64,000 bases of DNA from an uncultured Prevotellaceae bacterium. Lineage in GTDB: Bacteria; Bacteroidota; Bacteroidia; Bacteroidales; Bacteroidaceae. Below, piece after piece: positions 21,120 through 30,254 of the stretch (positions within the stretch are counted from its first letter, which is position 1; each line of letters starts with the position of its first letter). A model generated the notes under the pieces. The model was not told the origin of the DNA, ran no database searches, and worked only from the letters and a program-made list of their open reading frames with translations. The DNA lies in contig CACXMM010000032.1 of NCBI GenBank assembly GCA_902768785.1, forward strand, positions 1,017 through 65,016. Direction: 5' to 3'. Position numbers and translations under genes: made by a program.

Positions 21120-22493
21120 CTATTGTACGATTACCTTCTTCCCACCCTTCGCGTAAATGCCGCGGGGAAGCCGGAGCAAATCGGTACCGACCCTGACACC
21201 TTGGAGGCTATAGAAAACGGCGGAACGATCCGCATTCCATTTGATACCCCGTACTCCCGTATTCGTGGTGGCGGGGTATATTTCTTGGATGCCCTCCATG
21301 GCATAGGGGTTGTAGATGGAGAGGTCTCGGCGGTTGATGACGGTCATGGTGCCCTGTGTACCGTGCTGGTTGACGTCATTGATGTCCCAAATATAAGGCA
21401 CCATACCGCCAAATTCCTTGCAGAGCCGATGCAGTTCTCGATAATGTGCTTTGATGGAGGCATTGTGTTTCTCCTGATTCTCCCCAGACTGTTTCGAGAG
21501 GTCACGCCAGTTAGCACCGAACTCCCCAATGATGATGGGATAGCCCTTGTCCACGAAGTTCGTCTTCATCTTCTGCAGTTGATCTCTCATCGTACTCTCC
21601 TCACCCCAAGTAGCATTATGCTGCGAGCCTGTGTGATGGTTGCCGCTGCCCCAGTAATAGAACATCTTTCCCCAGTTTTCATCCTTGGTCATACCCCAGA
21701 ACTGCCACGGATTATAATAATGTACCTCGATGGCCAGGCGATCGGAGGCTGGATCTGTAGGCAGGTCGGTCATATACTTCACGGTCTTATCGATATCCGT
21801 GCTGGGTCCTTGGATCACCAGCACCCGCTGAGCATTGTTTCCGCCTGTGGCTCGAACCGCATCGATGAACACTTGCTCGTATTCCACTAAGCGATTGGTT
21901 TGCTGCCTTCCCAAGATTGCATTTCTCCCGTCACCATCATCCACGTTTGGCTCGTTGAGTCCTGCGAAGAGCAAGTGTTCATCATAGTCTCTGAATGTCT
22001 CGGCAATCTGTGTCCATATTCTGTGTAGAGTACTTTTCTTCTCTGCAATACCATTGGCATCCGTGTCAGAGATGTTATTCTCCAGCCATCCTCCGTCCCA
22101 GTGATCATTCAGCACCACATAGAGCCCGGCATGGATACAGTAGTCAACGACTTCCTTCACCCGTGCCATCCATGCCTCATCGATTTTCATCGTCTTCTTA
22201 TCAGCGATATGTCCGGCCACCCATGCACACGGAATGCGTACTGAGCGGAAACCCTGTGCCTTGACATAGTCAATGACTGCCTGTGATGTTTTGGTCTGCT
22301 GCCAATAAGTCTCTGTGCCAAGGCCCCCCTGGTTTGTATAGTTCCAACCGTTATTTGTTGCCTCCATTGTGTTACCGAGATTCCATCCTGGTACCATCTC
22401 CCCAGCAATCTGCATTGCAGTTTTCTCCATTCCCACTTGGGAAAAAGCGGCGGTAGCCCATGCCACCGCCGTCACCAATAATAAACTCCTCAT
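21120..22493 (-). CDS. glycoside hydrolase family 5 enzyme with T9SS C-terminal domain
   Basis: GH5 catalytic blocks GLNEPN (acid/base) and IIIGEFG (nucleophile). Start set at MRSLLLVTAVAW (22493), downstream of a TATCTTTG box on the minus strand. C-terminus is YSLQGVRV..GIYAKGGKKVIVQ. Confidence 0.8.
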   Translation of the reverse strand: MRSLLLVTAVAWATAAFSQVGMEKTAMQIAGEMVPGWNLGNTMEATNNGWNYTNQGGLGTETYWQQTKTSQAVIDYVKAQGFRSVRIPCAWVAGHIADKKTMKIDEAWMARVKEVVDYCIHAGLYVVLNDHWDGGWLENNISDTDANGIAEKKSTLHRIWTQIAETFRDYDEHLLFAGLNEPNVDDGDGRNAILGRQQTNRLVEYEQVFIDAVRATGGNNAQRVLVIQGPSTDIDKTVKYMTDLPTDPASDRLAIEVHYYNPWQFWGMTKDENWGKMFYYWGSGNHHTGSQHNATWGEESTMRDQLQKMKTNFVDKGYPIIIGEFGANWRDLSKQSGENQEKHNASIKAHYRELHRLCKEFGGMVPYIWDINDVNQHGTQGTMTVINRRDLSIYNPYAMEGIQEIYPATTNTGVRGIKWNADRSAVFYSLQGVRVGTDLLRLPRGIYAKGGKKVIVQ

Positions 22494-22665
22494 TAATATA
22501 TTGACCTTAGTTATGTATGTATGGTGCAAAGATACACATAAAAAAATGAACAGGCATGCTGATATGTTTTCAATTGCTGACAGAAATGTTATCTGCTCCC
22601 AAAAGATGCGTCAGACCATGATAAATAAAAAGGAAGAATTATTTTGTATTGTCTTTGATTTGTAT

Positions 22666-22673
22666 TATCTTTG
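22666..22673 (+). promoter_or_regulatory. -7 box TATCTTTG upstream of tRNA-Arg
   Basis: TAnnTTTG match 19 nt before the tRNA 5' end. Confidence 0.6.
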
Positions 22674-22691
22674 CACCTTGAAAAGACAAGA

Positions 22692-22763
22692 GGTCTAATA
22701 GTTCAATGGATAGAACAAGTCTCTCCTAAAGATTAGATCCGGGTTCGATTCCCGGTTGGACCA
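22692..22763 (+). tRNA. tRNA-Arg (anticodon CCT)
   Basis: Acceptor GGTCTAA/TTGGACC, D-arm GTTCAATGGATAGAAC, anticodon stem AGTCT/AGATT with loop CTCCTAA, T-arm CCGGGTTCGATTCCCGG. Length 72 nt. Confidence 0.88.
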
Positions 22764-22785
22764 CAAACTATCAAACACGACAACT

Positions 22786-23574
22786 ATGTTAGGAGCTATC
22801 ATTGGAGATATTGTAGGCTCACGGTTTGAATTCTCAGAGCCCCCACAGCCAGGATTCAAACTATTCACATCCGATTGTGACTATACCGATGACACGATTT
22901 GCACCATAGCCATTGCCGATGCAATCCTGAACGGGAAGAGCTATCGTGATGCGCTGTTGGAATGGTGTCGCCGCTATCCCGAGCCCATGGGCAGCTACGG
23001 AGGGAAGTTCTATAAATGGATCAACAGCAACGATCCGCAGCCTTACGGTTCTTTTGGCAACGGCTCCGCCATGCGTGTCTCTCCTGTGGCTTGGCTCTTT
23101 GACGATTTCTCGGATGTACAGGAACAGGCCCGTCTGACGGCGATGCCCTCCCACAATCATCCTGAAGGCATCAAGGGAGCTGAGTGTATCGCCACCTTAT
23201 GCTACTGGCTTCGTACTTGTCGTATTACCAAGGATGAGGTGGAGCGGAAGGTGGAGAAGCTGTGGGGATATGAGATTCCCTCCCTTCGCGATATCTATAA
23301 GATCGGTAGTGAGAACCATTTCGACGGTACCTGCATGGAAACGGTTCCAATGGCCATCCGCTGTTTTCTGGAGAGTCAGAACTTCGAGGATGCTATCCGT
23401 ATCGCAGTATTGGCTGATGGCGATACCGATACGAAGGCGAATATTACGGGAGCACTGGCCGAAGCGTTTTACGAAGTGCCCGAGCCCCTCATCGAAAAAG
23501 CCTTCAGTTACCTGCCTGATGATATGCTCGACATCATCACACAGTATTCCCAACGGATAGGGGAGAAGATTTGA
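22786..23574 (+). CDS. ADP-ribosylglycohydrolase family protein
   Basis: The ORF-track start overlaps tRNA-Arg, so I trimmed it to the ATG at 22786 (MLGAIIGDIVGSRFEF). ARH motifs are YTDDT, GNGSAMRVSP and DGDTDT. Confidence 0.8.
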   Translation: MLGAIIGDIVGSRFEFSEPPQPGFKLFTSDCDYTDDTICTIAIADAILNGKSYRDALLEWCRRYPEPMGSYGGKFYKWINSNDPQPYGSFGNGSAMRVSPVAWLFDDFSDVQEQARLTAMPSHNHPEGIKGAECIATLCYWLRTCRITKDEVERKVEKLWGYEIPSLRDIYKIGSENHFDGTCMETVPMAIRCFLESQNFEDAIRIAVLADGDTDTKANITGALAEAFYEVPEPLIEKAFSYLPDDMLDIITQYSQRIGEKI

Positions 23575-23581
23575 ATTGCCG

Positions 23582-26227
23582 TTATCGTTCAAAGAAAGAA
23601 CGGATGGGAGTCAGATAGGGGGTCAGCTCCCTGGTCATCACCCTGCCCCATGGAGACACATACTGACGGGAGTATGCTACGATGAGGCGTTTCTTGGCGC
23701 GTGAGATGGCCACATAGAATTTCCGTGCCTCCTCACCTTTTACCGCTCCCTCGTCAGCATAATAGCTGGGGAATTTCCCTTTCACAGCATCAAAGACGAT
23801 GACATGATCAAACTCAAGACCCTTGGCCTTGTGCACCGTTGAGACAAACACCCGTTCACGCATGCTCTTACTACCACAGAGATCAGCCTCCTTCAAGGTG
23901 TTGATCTCCTGCATGTGGACTGTCAGCTGCTCATACAGTGACGCCTCCCCCTGCAATAGGTCAGCTTGCAGATAGTCGAGGATATACGGCAGTTTGGGAA
24001 TCTCCCCGATCCGTTTCATCTCGCGCAGGTGCTGATAGACATAGTTCATCTCGCTCACCAGATCGGAACTCTCATGACGTTGGTACATCAGTTTTTTGGT
24101 ATGTGCAAAGATCTCTCCGTAGAGACGACGGAAACGTCCTATCACTGAAGCATGCCGATGAAGGAAGGACAGCTGTGCCTCGATGACCTCTCTTCCCCGC
24201 TGATAGCAGGCATTCACCACACTCAGCGTAGCCATGATATCGTCATTGGCCAAATGAGAGTTCTCTCCTTCCAGATGAAGTGATGTCAGCAGGTCCTTCA
24301 GTTTGTAGCTCCGCAGGTTAGGTATCACCAGTCGTGACAGTTTCAGTGAATCATAGTAGGAGGGCCACAGCTGCGCCATCTCACAGCCCTGACAATAGCG
24401 GCGCATGTTGTGATCCATGATCTGATAATCGTAGGTAGCGTTATGTCCTAAGATCATGCACCCGGCCGCGAACTCAGCGAAACGATTCATAGCCTCCCGA
24501 TGGGAGAGGTGTTCATGGAGGGCATACTCCTCTACCAACGGGTTTACCATATCTCCCAGCATGGAAGGAATCTCCCTTTCTGTCTCTATGAACAGGTTCA
24601 AGGTGTCGAGCACCTTTCCTGCCCGTACCTTCACCGCTGCTATCTGCACCACATCATCCTCGAAGACGTTCAGTCCGGTAGTCTCTGTATCAAAGATCAC
24701 GAAATCACGTTCCTGATAGTCTTTCAGGAATTCATTCAGGTAGCTCGTTCCCTCATACTGCAGGAAGTCAACCGGCGAGATGGCATGTGTCATCAACTCA
24801 TGCATGAACTGACGAGCCGCCGAATGACAGCCAAAGAGTTTCAGTCCTGTGAAGATCCGCGCCCAGGCAATAAAATTTGTCTCCTGCATCATCACATTAA
24901 AATGCGACAGCAGCAGACGGACATCTGCCGTGGTGAACACATCCACGCCGGAGATCTTGAAATGAGGTATCCGCAGCGCCTTGCTCACGTCATCGGCATC
25001 GTTGTTGAAAGCTACGATCACCGCGATGGTGTCCGTGGAATATGCTTGTGAGAGCTGCTCCACCAGTTGTGCCACCTCATGACACTCATCGATGTTGTTC
25101 AGGCTCTCCAGTAACCGTACCGCTCCCGGCTCTTGCTGCTGGTCCTCCCCCAGACTCTTAGGCAACAGTTCCGGTGCAATACCCAACTGATGTTCGCCGT
25201 AGCAGTTGTAGATATCCAATAGATACTTGGGGGAGCGGTAGTTGACAAAGAAATTATGCAGGCCATCCGCACCGCATCGCTGCCGTAGCATATTCAGTGT
25301 GTCGAGCTTGGCTCCCATAAAGGAGAAGATAGCCTGCTGGGCATCACCCAGATAGACCACCGTGGCCCCCTTGGCGGTGAACAGGTCGATGATTGCCAGC
25401 TGCAGGGGGTTCAGGTCCTGCACCTCATCCACCTGTATCCACCGGTATTGTTTTCTCGATGGTGCTGATCGTGAAGCGGAAGTGTTCGTCAGTTCCGCAT
25501 AGGTGCGCAGCAGCAGGTCCTCGAAGTCGAGCAGGTGATGCTCTTCCTTATACCGCTCGTAGCAGTGTGCCGCATAGAGAGCTTTCAGCAACGACTGTGC
25601 CTCGGCACTCATCCATACCGGCTGACTGGCATAATGGTCAATATGCTCATACAGTTCAATGGTGGAATCCTGGGTATAGGGCATGCTGAAATCCGTGCAC
25701 AGCTCCCGCAGGGCTACAGCTGACAACGCATCCCGGTGAACCATCAGTTCGCCGGGATCATGCCGGCGACACTGTACCATCAGGTGCTGAAGGTTCATCA
25801 CCTGTGAGTAGTGCTGACGACTCTTGTTGTCTGCCAGCACCTGTAGCTCATCGTCACCCATGTAGTCGGCGATGATACTCACCGACACGTCGTTATCGAT
25901 GATCGACGTATCCTCCTCTACCACCCCGTATTCAAACAGGAACTGGGAACAGAAGCGATGCACGTTACCCACAAAGAGCCCACTCGTATCCAGGTTGTTT
26001 GAGGCAGAGAACATCTCGATTCGTTCCCGCATACCTCGCGAAGCCCTGTTGGTAAAGGTGAGGCATGCCATTTCCTCGAAAGGCACGCCTCGCTCGTGAG
26101 CCTTAATGATCCTCTCTGCCAACACCGCCGTCTTTCCACATCCCGGAGGTGCCAGCACCAGATGGTAGCCGTCGGCAACCTCAATCACCGCCTGCTGCTC
26201 CTCATTGAACTGTCTTTCGTCATTCAT
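23582..26227 (-). CDS. UvrD/PcrA-type SF1 helicase with embedded DnaQ-like (DEDDh) 3'-5' exonuclease domain
   Basis: Walker A APPGCGKT and motif II IQVDEVQD. The exonuclease ExoI block is VIFDTETTGL, and HNATYDY...HLANDD follows later. A UvrD C-terminal block (STVHKAKGLEFD) is present. Confidence 0.8.
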   Translation of the reverse strand: MNDERQFNEEQQAVIEVADGYHLVLAPPGCGKTAVLAERIIKAHERGVPFEEMACLTFTNRASRGMRERIEMFSASNNLDTSGLFVGNVHRFCSQFLFEYGVVEEDTSIIDNDVSVSIIADYMGDDELQVLADNKSRQHYSQVMNLQHLMVQCRRHDPGELMVHRDALSAVALRELCTDFSMPYTQDSTIELYEHIDHYASQPVWMSAEAQSLLKALYAAHCYERYKEEHHLLDFEDLLLRTYAELTNTSASRSAPSRKQYRWIQVDEVQDLNPLQLAIIDLFTAKGATVVYLGDAQQAIFSFMGAKLDTLNMLRQRCGADGLHNFFVNYRSPKYLLDIYNCYGEHQLGIAPELLPKSLGEDQQQEPGAVRLLESLNNIDECHEVAQLVEQLSQAYSTDTIAVIVAFNNDADDVSKALRIPHFKISGVDVFTTADVRLLLSHFNVMMQETNFIAWARIFTGLKLFGCHSAARQFMHELMTHAISPVDFLQYEGTSYLNEFLKDYQERDFVIFDTETTGLNVFEDDVVQIAAVKVRAGKVLDTLNLFIETEREIPSMLGDMVNPLVEEYALHEHLSHREAMNRFAEFAAGCMILGHNATYDYQIMDHNMRRYCQGCEMAQLWPSYYDSLKLSRLVIPNLRSYKLKDLLTSLHLEGENSHLANDDIMATLSVVNACYQRGREVIEAQLSFLHRHASVIGRFRRLYGEIFAHTKKLMYQRHESSDLVSEMNYVYQHLREMKRIGEIPKLPYILDYLQADLLQGEASLYEQLTVHMQEINTLKEADLCGSKSMRERVFVSTVHKAKGLEFDHVIVFDAVKGKFPSYYADEGAVKGEEARKFYVAISRAKKRLIVAYSRQYVSPWGRVMTRELTPYLTPIRSFFER

Positions 26228-26238
26228 GAACAGTCCTC

Positions 26239-28266
26239 TTACCAGATCTGTGCTCTTTTCTTCTTGGGAATGAACAACTTGTCACTCTTCTTCACCTTGA
26301 ACGCATCGTACCATGCATCGATATGGGGCAGGGCAGCATTCACACGAGCTTTGTTGGGTGAGTGCGTATCCACGGTGATGAGGTATTCCACATATTCCGG
26401 TCGCATATTACTGGCCCATACTCTTGCCCAGGAGAGGAAGAAACGCTGTTCGGGAGTAAAGCCGTCGATCACACCCAGCGGCTTCTCCTGCATGGAGTTC
26501 TTCAGGGCACGGAATGCCACGTTCAGTCCGCCGTTGTCACCAATATTCTCACCCAGCGTCTGTTTTCCGTTGATATTCTTTCCAGGCACAGCCTCCACCG
26601 TACTGAAGAAGGTCTCCAGCACCTTGGTGCGCTGATCATAGTTCTTCTTATCCTGGTCTGTCCACCAGTTATGCTGGTTTCCCGTCTTATCGAACTGCGA
26701 TCCCTGGTCGTCGAAGCCATGACTCATCTCATGACCGATCACACCGCCGATAGCACCGTAGTTCACGGCATCGTCGGCATTCGGATCGAAGAATGGCGGC
26801 TGCAGGATAGCGGCAGGGAAGCAGATCTCGTTGGTAGTGGGGTTGTAGTAGGCGTTTATGGTCTGCGGTGTCATCAGCCACTCCATCTTGTCCACGGGTT
26901 TGTTCACCTTTCGCTGCAGCTCCTCGAGGGTCAGGAATTCCGAGATGTTCTGCAGGTTCTCATACAGAGAGAGGCTCTCATCCACCTGCAGACCGCTATA
27001 GTCCTTCCATTTGTCGGGATAGCCGATTTTCACGATGAAGTTCTCCAGTTTGTCCTTCGCCTTCGCCTTGGTCTCCGCACTCATCCAGGTAGCTTCCTCG
27101 ATGCGTTGTCCCAAGGCAGTTTGAAGATTCTTCACCAGACGGAGCATGTGCTGCTTACTGCTCTCAGGGAAATACTTCTCCACATAGAGCTTACCGATGG
27201 CCTCACCCATCACACCACTCACCAAGCCCACGGCACGCTTCCATCGCGGACGGTCCTGCTGCACGCCATTCATCACCTGACTGAGCTTGAAGGCCTCCGC
27301 ACGGAAGTCATCACTCAGCTGACTGGCAGCGCCGGCGATGACCTTGATCTCCGCATAGGCTTTCAGATCATCCAAGGGTGTATCAGCTAAGATCTTCTCT
27401 ACCTCATGGATAGGCTCCGGCTGTCCTACATCCACCATGTCGAAGGCGGGGAAACCCGAGAGCAGGAAGATATTCCCCCAGTCGATGCCGGGGTAGTCCT
27501 CCACCAGCTGTGTGTAGCTCATCTTGTGGTAGTTCGCGTCGATGTCGCGCAGCTGCACCCGGCTGTAGCTCACCTGTGCAATACGTTTCTCGATGGCCAT
27601 CACGGCCTCCATCTTCCGTTGTGCAGCAGCCTCGTCACTTCCTGTCATCTGAAAGAGTTTTCGCAGATAATTCTGATACGTCTCGCGGATTCTGACGGTC
27701 TGCTCATCATCATTCAGGTAATAGTCGCGTGTGCCTAAGCCCAAGCCACCCTGACCGATGCTCACAAGGTTCATGCCTGCATTGCGCATGTCGGCACCTA
27801 CGCCCATGCCAAACATCATCGTGCCCTCACCGCGACGGTCGAGCTGTGCCGTTACCAGCTGATACTCTTTCCGGCTCTTGATGGCAGCGATCTTCTCCAG
27901 TGTGGGCTTCAGTGGGGCATATCCCTCTTTGTTCAGTCGCACACTGTCCATCATCAATCGGTACAGACTGCCGATCTTCTGTCCCAGTGAGCCCTGACTC
28001 TGCTTACCGTCGGCATATTGCAGGATCAGTTCCTGGATACGTTTCTGGTTCTGCTCACTCAGATCGGTGAACGCACCGTTATCCACATGCTCTGCATCCA
28101 GCGGATGACTCTTCAGCCATCCTCCTGCTGCATACTGATAGAAATCATCACCTGGACGCACCGACAGGTCGAGGTTGGCCTTGTCGATGCCCGTTTGTCC
28201 ATTTTGTGCCCATGCCGTTCCCACGGTCAGGGCAAGTACCCATGTTAGTAATCTCGTTTTCTTCAT
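26239..28266 (-). CDS. pepO: M13 family zinc metallopeptidase (PepO/neprilysin-like)
   Basis: HEMSHGFD (HExxH) and GENIGDNGG (ENxADxGG-type) motifs, a signal peptide, 675 aa. Confidence 0.88.
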   Translation of the reverse strand: MKKTRLLTWVLALTVGTAWAQNGQTGIDKANLDLSVRPGDDFYQYAAGGWLKSHPLDAEHVDNGAFTDLSEQNQKRIQELILQYADGKQSQGSLGQKIGSLYRLMMDSVRLNKEGYAPLKPTLEKIAAIKSRKEYQLVTAQLDRRGEGTMMFGMGVGADMRNAGMNLVSIGQGGLGLGTRDYYLNDDEQTVRIRETYQNYLRKLFQMTGSDEAAAQRKMEAVMAIEKRIAQVSYSRVQLRDIDANYHKMSYTQLVEDYPGIDWGNIFLLSGFPAFDMVDVGQPEPIHEVEKILADTPLDDLKAYAEIKVIAGAASQLSDDFRAEAFKLSQVMNGVQQDRPRWKRAVGLVSGVMGEAIGKLYVEKYFPESSKQHMLRLVKNLQTALGQRIEEATWMSAETKAKAKDKLENFIVKIGYPDKWKDYSGLQVDESLSLYENLQNISEFLTLEELQRKVNKPVDKMEWLMTPQTINAYYNPTTNEICFPAAILQPPFFDPNADDAVNYGAIGGVIGHEMSHGFDDQGSQFDKTGNQHNWWTDQDKKNYDQRTKVLETFFSTVEAVPGKNINGKQTLGENIGDNGGLNVAFRALKNSMQEKPLGVIDGFTPEQRFFLSWARVWASNMRPEYVEYLITVDTHSPNKARVNAALPHIDAWYDAFKVKKSDKLFIPKKKRAQIW

Positions 28267-28290
28267 TGCTATATCAATAATACATTAAAA

Positions 28291-28388
28291 TCTCTAATCT
28301 CTCATCCCTCATCTCTCATCCCTCATCTTTCATCCCTCATCTTTCATCTTTCATCTTTCATCTTTCATCTTCCATCTTCCATCTTTCA
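28291..28388. repeat. heptanucleotide tandem array TCYYTCA x14 spanning the MATE stop codon
   Basis: Units read in register: tctctaa, tctctca, tccctca, tctctca, tccctca, tctttca, tccctca, tctttca x4, tcttcca x2, tctttca. Confidence 0.9.
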
Positions 28389-29767
28389 TCCAGTCCCCCT
28401 CTCATCCATTTGCCACGGAACATCCGCCACAGGAAGATGCATCCCCTGAAGGTCAGCTCGATGGCCATGGCAGTCCACACACCCCGCAAACCATAGTCCT
28501 TTGCCAGCCATGCGGCTAACGTCAGACGCACCAGCCACATCGAACAGAGGTTCATGATGGCCGGACGTAAGGTATCGCCGGCGCCCACGAAGGCACTGTA
28601 GCAGACGATCGAGGCGGCAAACATCGGTTCGGCAAAGGCCTCGATGCGTAACACCGAAGCACCTAAGTCAATGATCTCTTGCACAGGAGTCATCAATGCC
28701 ATCAGTTCTGGTGCAAAGAGATACATCACCGCTCCCATCAGGGCCATCACCAGCATTCCCGAGAACACCGTCATCCGGGCAAAGCTATGGCAAAGCTCCC
28801 TACGCCCTGCACCCATGCTTTGACCAATCAGTGTTGTGGCAGCCTCCCCCAGACCATAGCCCGGCATGTAGCACAGACTTTCAGCAGTGATGGCAAAGGT
28901 GTTTGCGGCAATGGCGATATTCCCCAAGGGTGCCACGATCATCGTACTCACAATCTGCGCCCCACTCATCAAGATGCTTTGGGCAGCCATCGGGATACTG
29001 ATCTTCAGGGCATTCCGGATATACTGACCGTTCCAAGTGAACCGTGACATCCGCTGTCGCATACGACTCACTAGGGCCAATGACTCACTTCTGAAGATCG
29101 CATAGTAGGCAAGCACGCAGCCACCGATCACCATGGCCAGTCCTGTACCCAAGGCGACACCCAACACTCCGAGGTGGAAAATGAAGATGAAGATAAAGTT
29201 AAACACCACATCCATCACACACATGATGATGCTCATCATACTCGGTATGCGCATGTTTCCACTGCATTTCAGCATAGCCCCCGATAGGTTGGAGAGTTGG
29301 AAGAAGGGCATCACCATCATGAACACGGAGAAATAGATGGTGGCATCACCGGCGATGTCGGCACCACCGCCTAACCAATAGGGCAGACGTCCCGCGATGC
29401 ACAAACCGCTGATGCCGATCAGCACACTGAACAGGAGGGTGCACAACAGACCATGGCGGAACACCTCTCGTGCTTTCTCGAAGTCATTGGCACCAATGAA
29501 ATGAGCCACCTGGACGGAGAAACCCATGGAGGCGGCACCTGTCATACTGCCACATAACCAGGTGGATGACTCCACCAAGCCACAGGCGGCAGCGGCCTCC
29601 ACACTGATACGTCCCACCATCGCCTGATCGATGAAAAACATCATCACGCTGGTGATCTGTGCCAATATAGAGGGGATACTCAACTGTACAATCAGGTTGA
29701 GTTTCTGCTGATTCGTCATGGTCTGCCCATTACGAATCATCTCCAGCAACGCTTCACTTTTCTTCAT
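28358..29767 (-). CDS. MATE family efflux transporter
   Basis: Polytopic hydrophobic protein with two MatE-like halves. Start set at MKKSEALLEMI (29767), 20 nt downstream of a TAACTTTG box. The upstream part of the ORF is translation of a duplicated promoter module. Confidence 0.8.
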   Translation of the reverse strand: MKKSEALLEMIRNGQTMTNQQKLNLIVQLSIPSILAQITSVMMFFIDQAMVGRISVEAAAACGLVESSTWLCGSMTGAASMGFSVQVAHFIGANDFEKAREVFRHGLLCTLLFSVLIGISGLCIAGRLPYWLGGGADIAGDATIYFSVFMMVMPFFQLSNLSGAMLKCSGNMRIPSMMSIIMCVMDVVFNFIFIFIFHLGVLGVALGTGLAMVIGGCVLAYYAIFRSESLALVSRMRQRMSRFTWNGQYIRNALKISIPMAAQSILMSGAQIVSTMIVAPLGNIAIAANTFAITAESLCYMPGYGLGEAATTLIGQSMGAGRRELCHSFARMTVFSGMLVMALMGAVMYLFAPELMALMTPVQEIIDLGASVLRIEAFAEPMFAASIVCYSAFVGAGDTLRPAIMNLCSMWLVRLTLAAWLAKDYGLRGVWTAMAIELTFRGCIFLWRMFRGKWMRGGLDERWKMEDER

Positions 29768-29783
29768 GGATGTTGTATCTGAC

Positions 29784-29907
29784 TGCAAAGTTACGGAAAG
29801 TTGAGTGCAGAACAAAACAAATTCATTTGTTTTGTTCTGCCGAGACGGAGTAACTTCACAACTTTGTTGCAAAGTTACTGAAAGTTGAGTGCAGAACAAA
29901 ATAAATT
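29784..29907. repeat. two direct copies of a ~40-nt promoter module (TGCAAAGTTAC[G/T]GAAAGTTGAGTGCAGAACAAAA) 84 bp apart, with a 14-bp perfect hairpin between them
   Basis: Copies start at 29784 and 29868. The hairpin is CAGAACAAAACAAA-TTCA-TTTGTTTTGTTCTG at about 29808-29839. Confidence 0.85.
29786..29793 (-). promoter_or_regulatory. -7 box TAACTTTG (proximal copy) for the MATE gene; a second copy lies at 29870-29877
   Basis: TAnnTTTG on the minus strand. It is part of a ~40-nt module duplicated 84 bp apart. Confidence 0.55.
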
Positions 29908-30146
29908 GTTTCTTTTTTCTATTTTAGGTGTGGATTGCGGATGCGGATTATTTATGCCCGTACCCTTGTGTCTTTGTGTGTATTTGTTATAATTTTGAAG
30001 GATCTTGACGAATTAACTTCGTTTAACGCGAATAACGGGCATTTGGGGAACCAACTGTCCTTTCGGTCGAAAAAACGCGATTCTCGCGAGGTTTGATAAG
30101 TTGCTGATTATGAGCACATTGTGAAAATTCGGCATTTTTGACTTGC

Positions 30147-30240
30147 GAAAACGGCGTTTTTAGGAGCCAAAAACATAGGTTTTAGGGGGTAAAAACACCG
30201 TTTTTAGGTGGTGAAAACACTGTTTTTGTGAGGTAAAAGG
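30147..30240. repeat. four-and-a-bit tandem 22-bp units RAAAACAnnGTTTTTAGGnGGT, each with an AAAAC/GTTTT dyad
   Basis: Units begin at 30147, 30169, 30191 and 30213 (exact 22-bp period), with a partial fifth unit. Confidence 0.9.
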
Positions 30241-30254
30241 ACTATTGTTTCTTT

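Noticed and set aside
22692-23574. tRNA-Arg(CCT) as an integration site, with the ADP-ribosylglycohydrolase gene as island cargo.
   Set aside because: There is no direct repeat of the tRNA 3' end, no integrase and no visible composition change. The flanking genes look like core genes.
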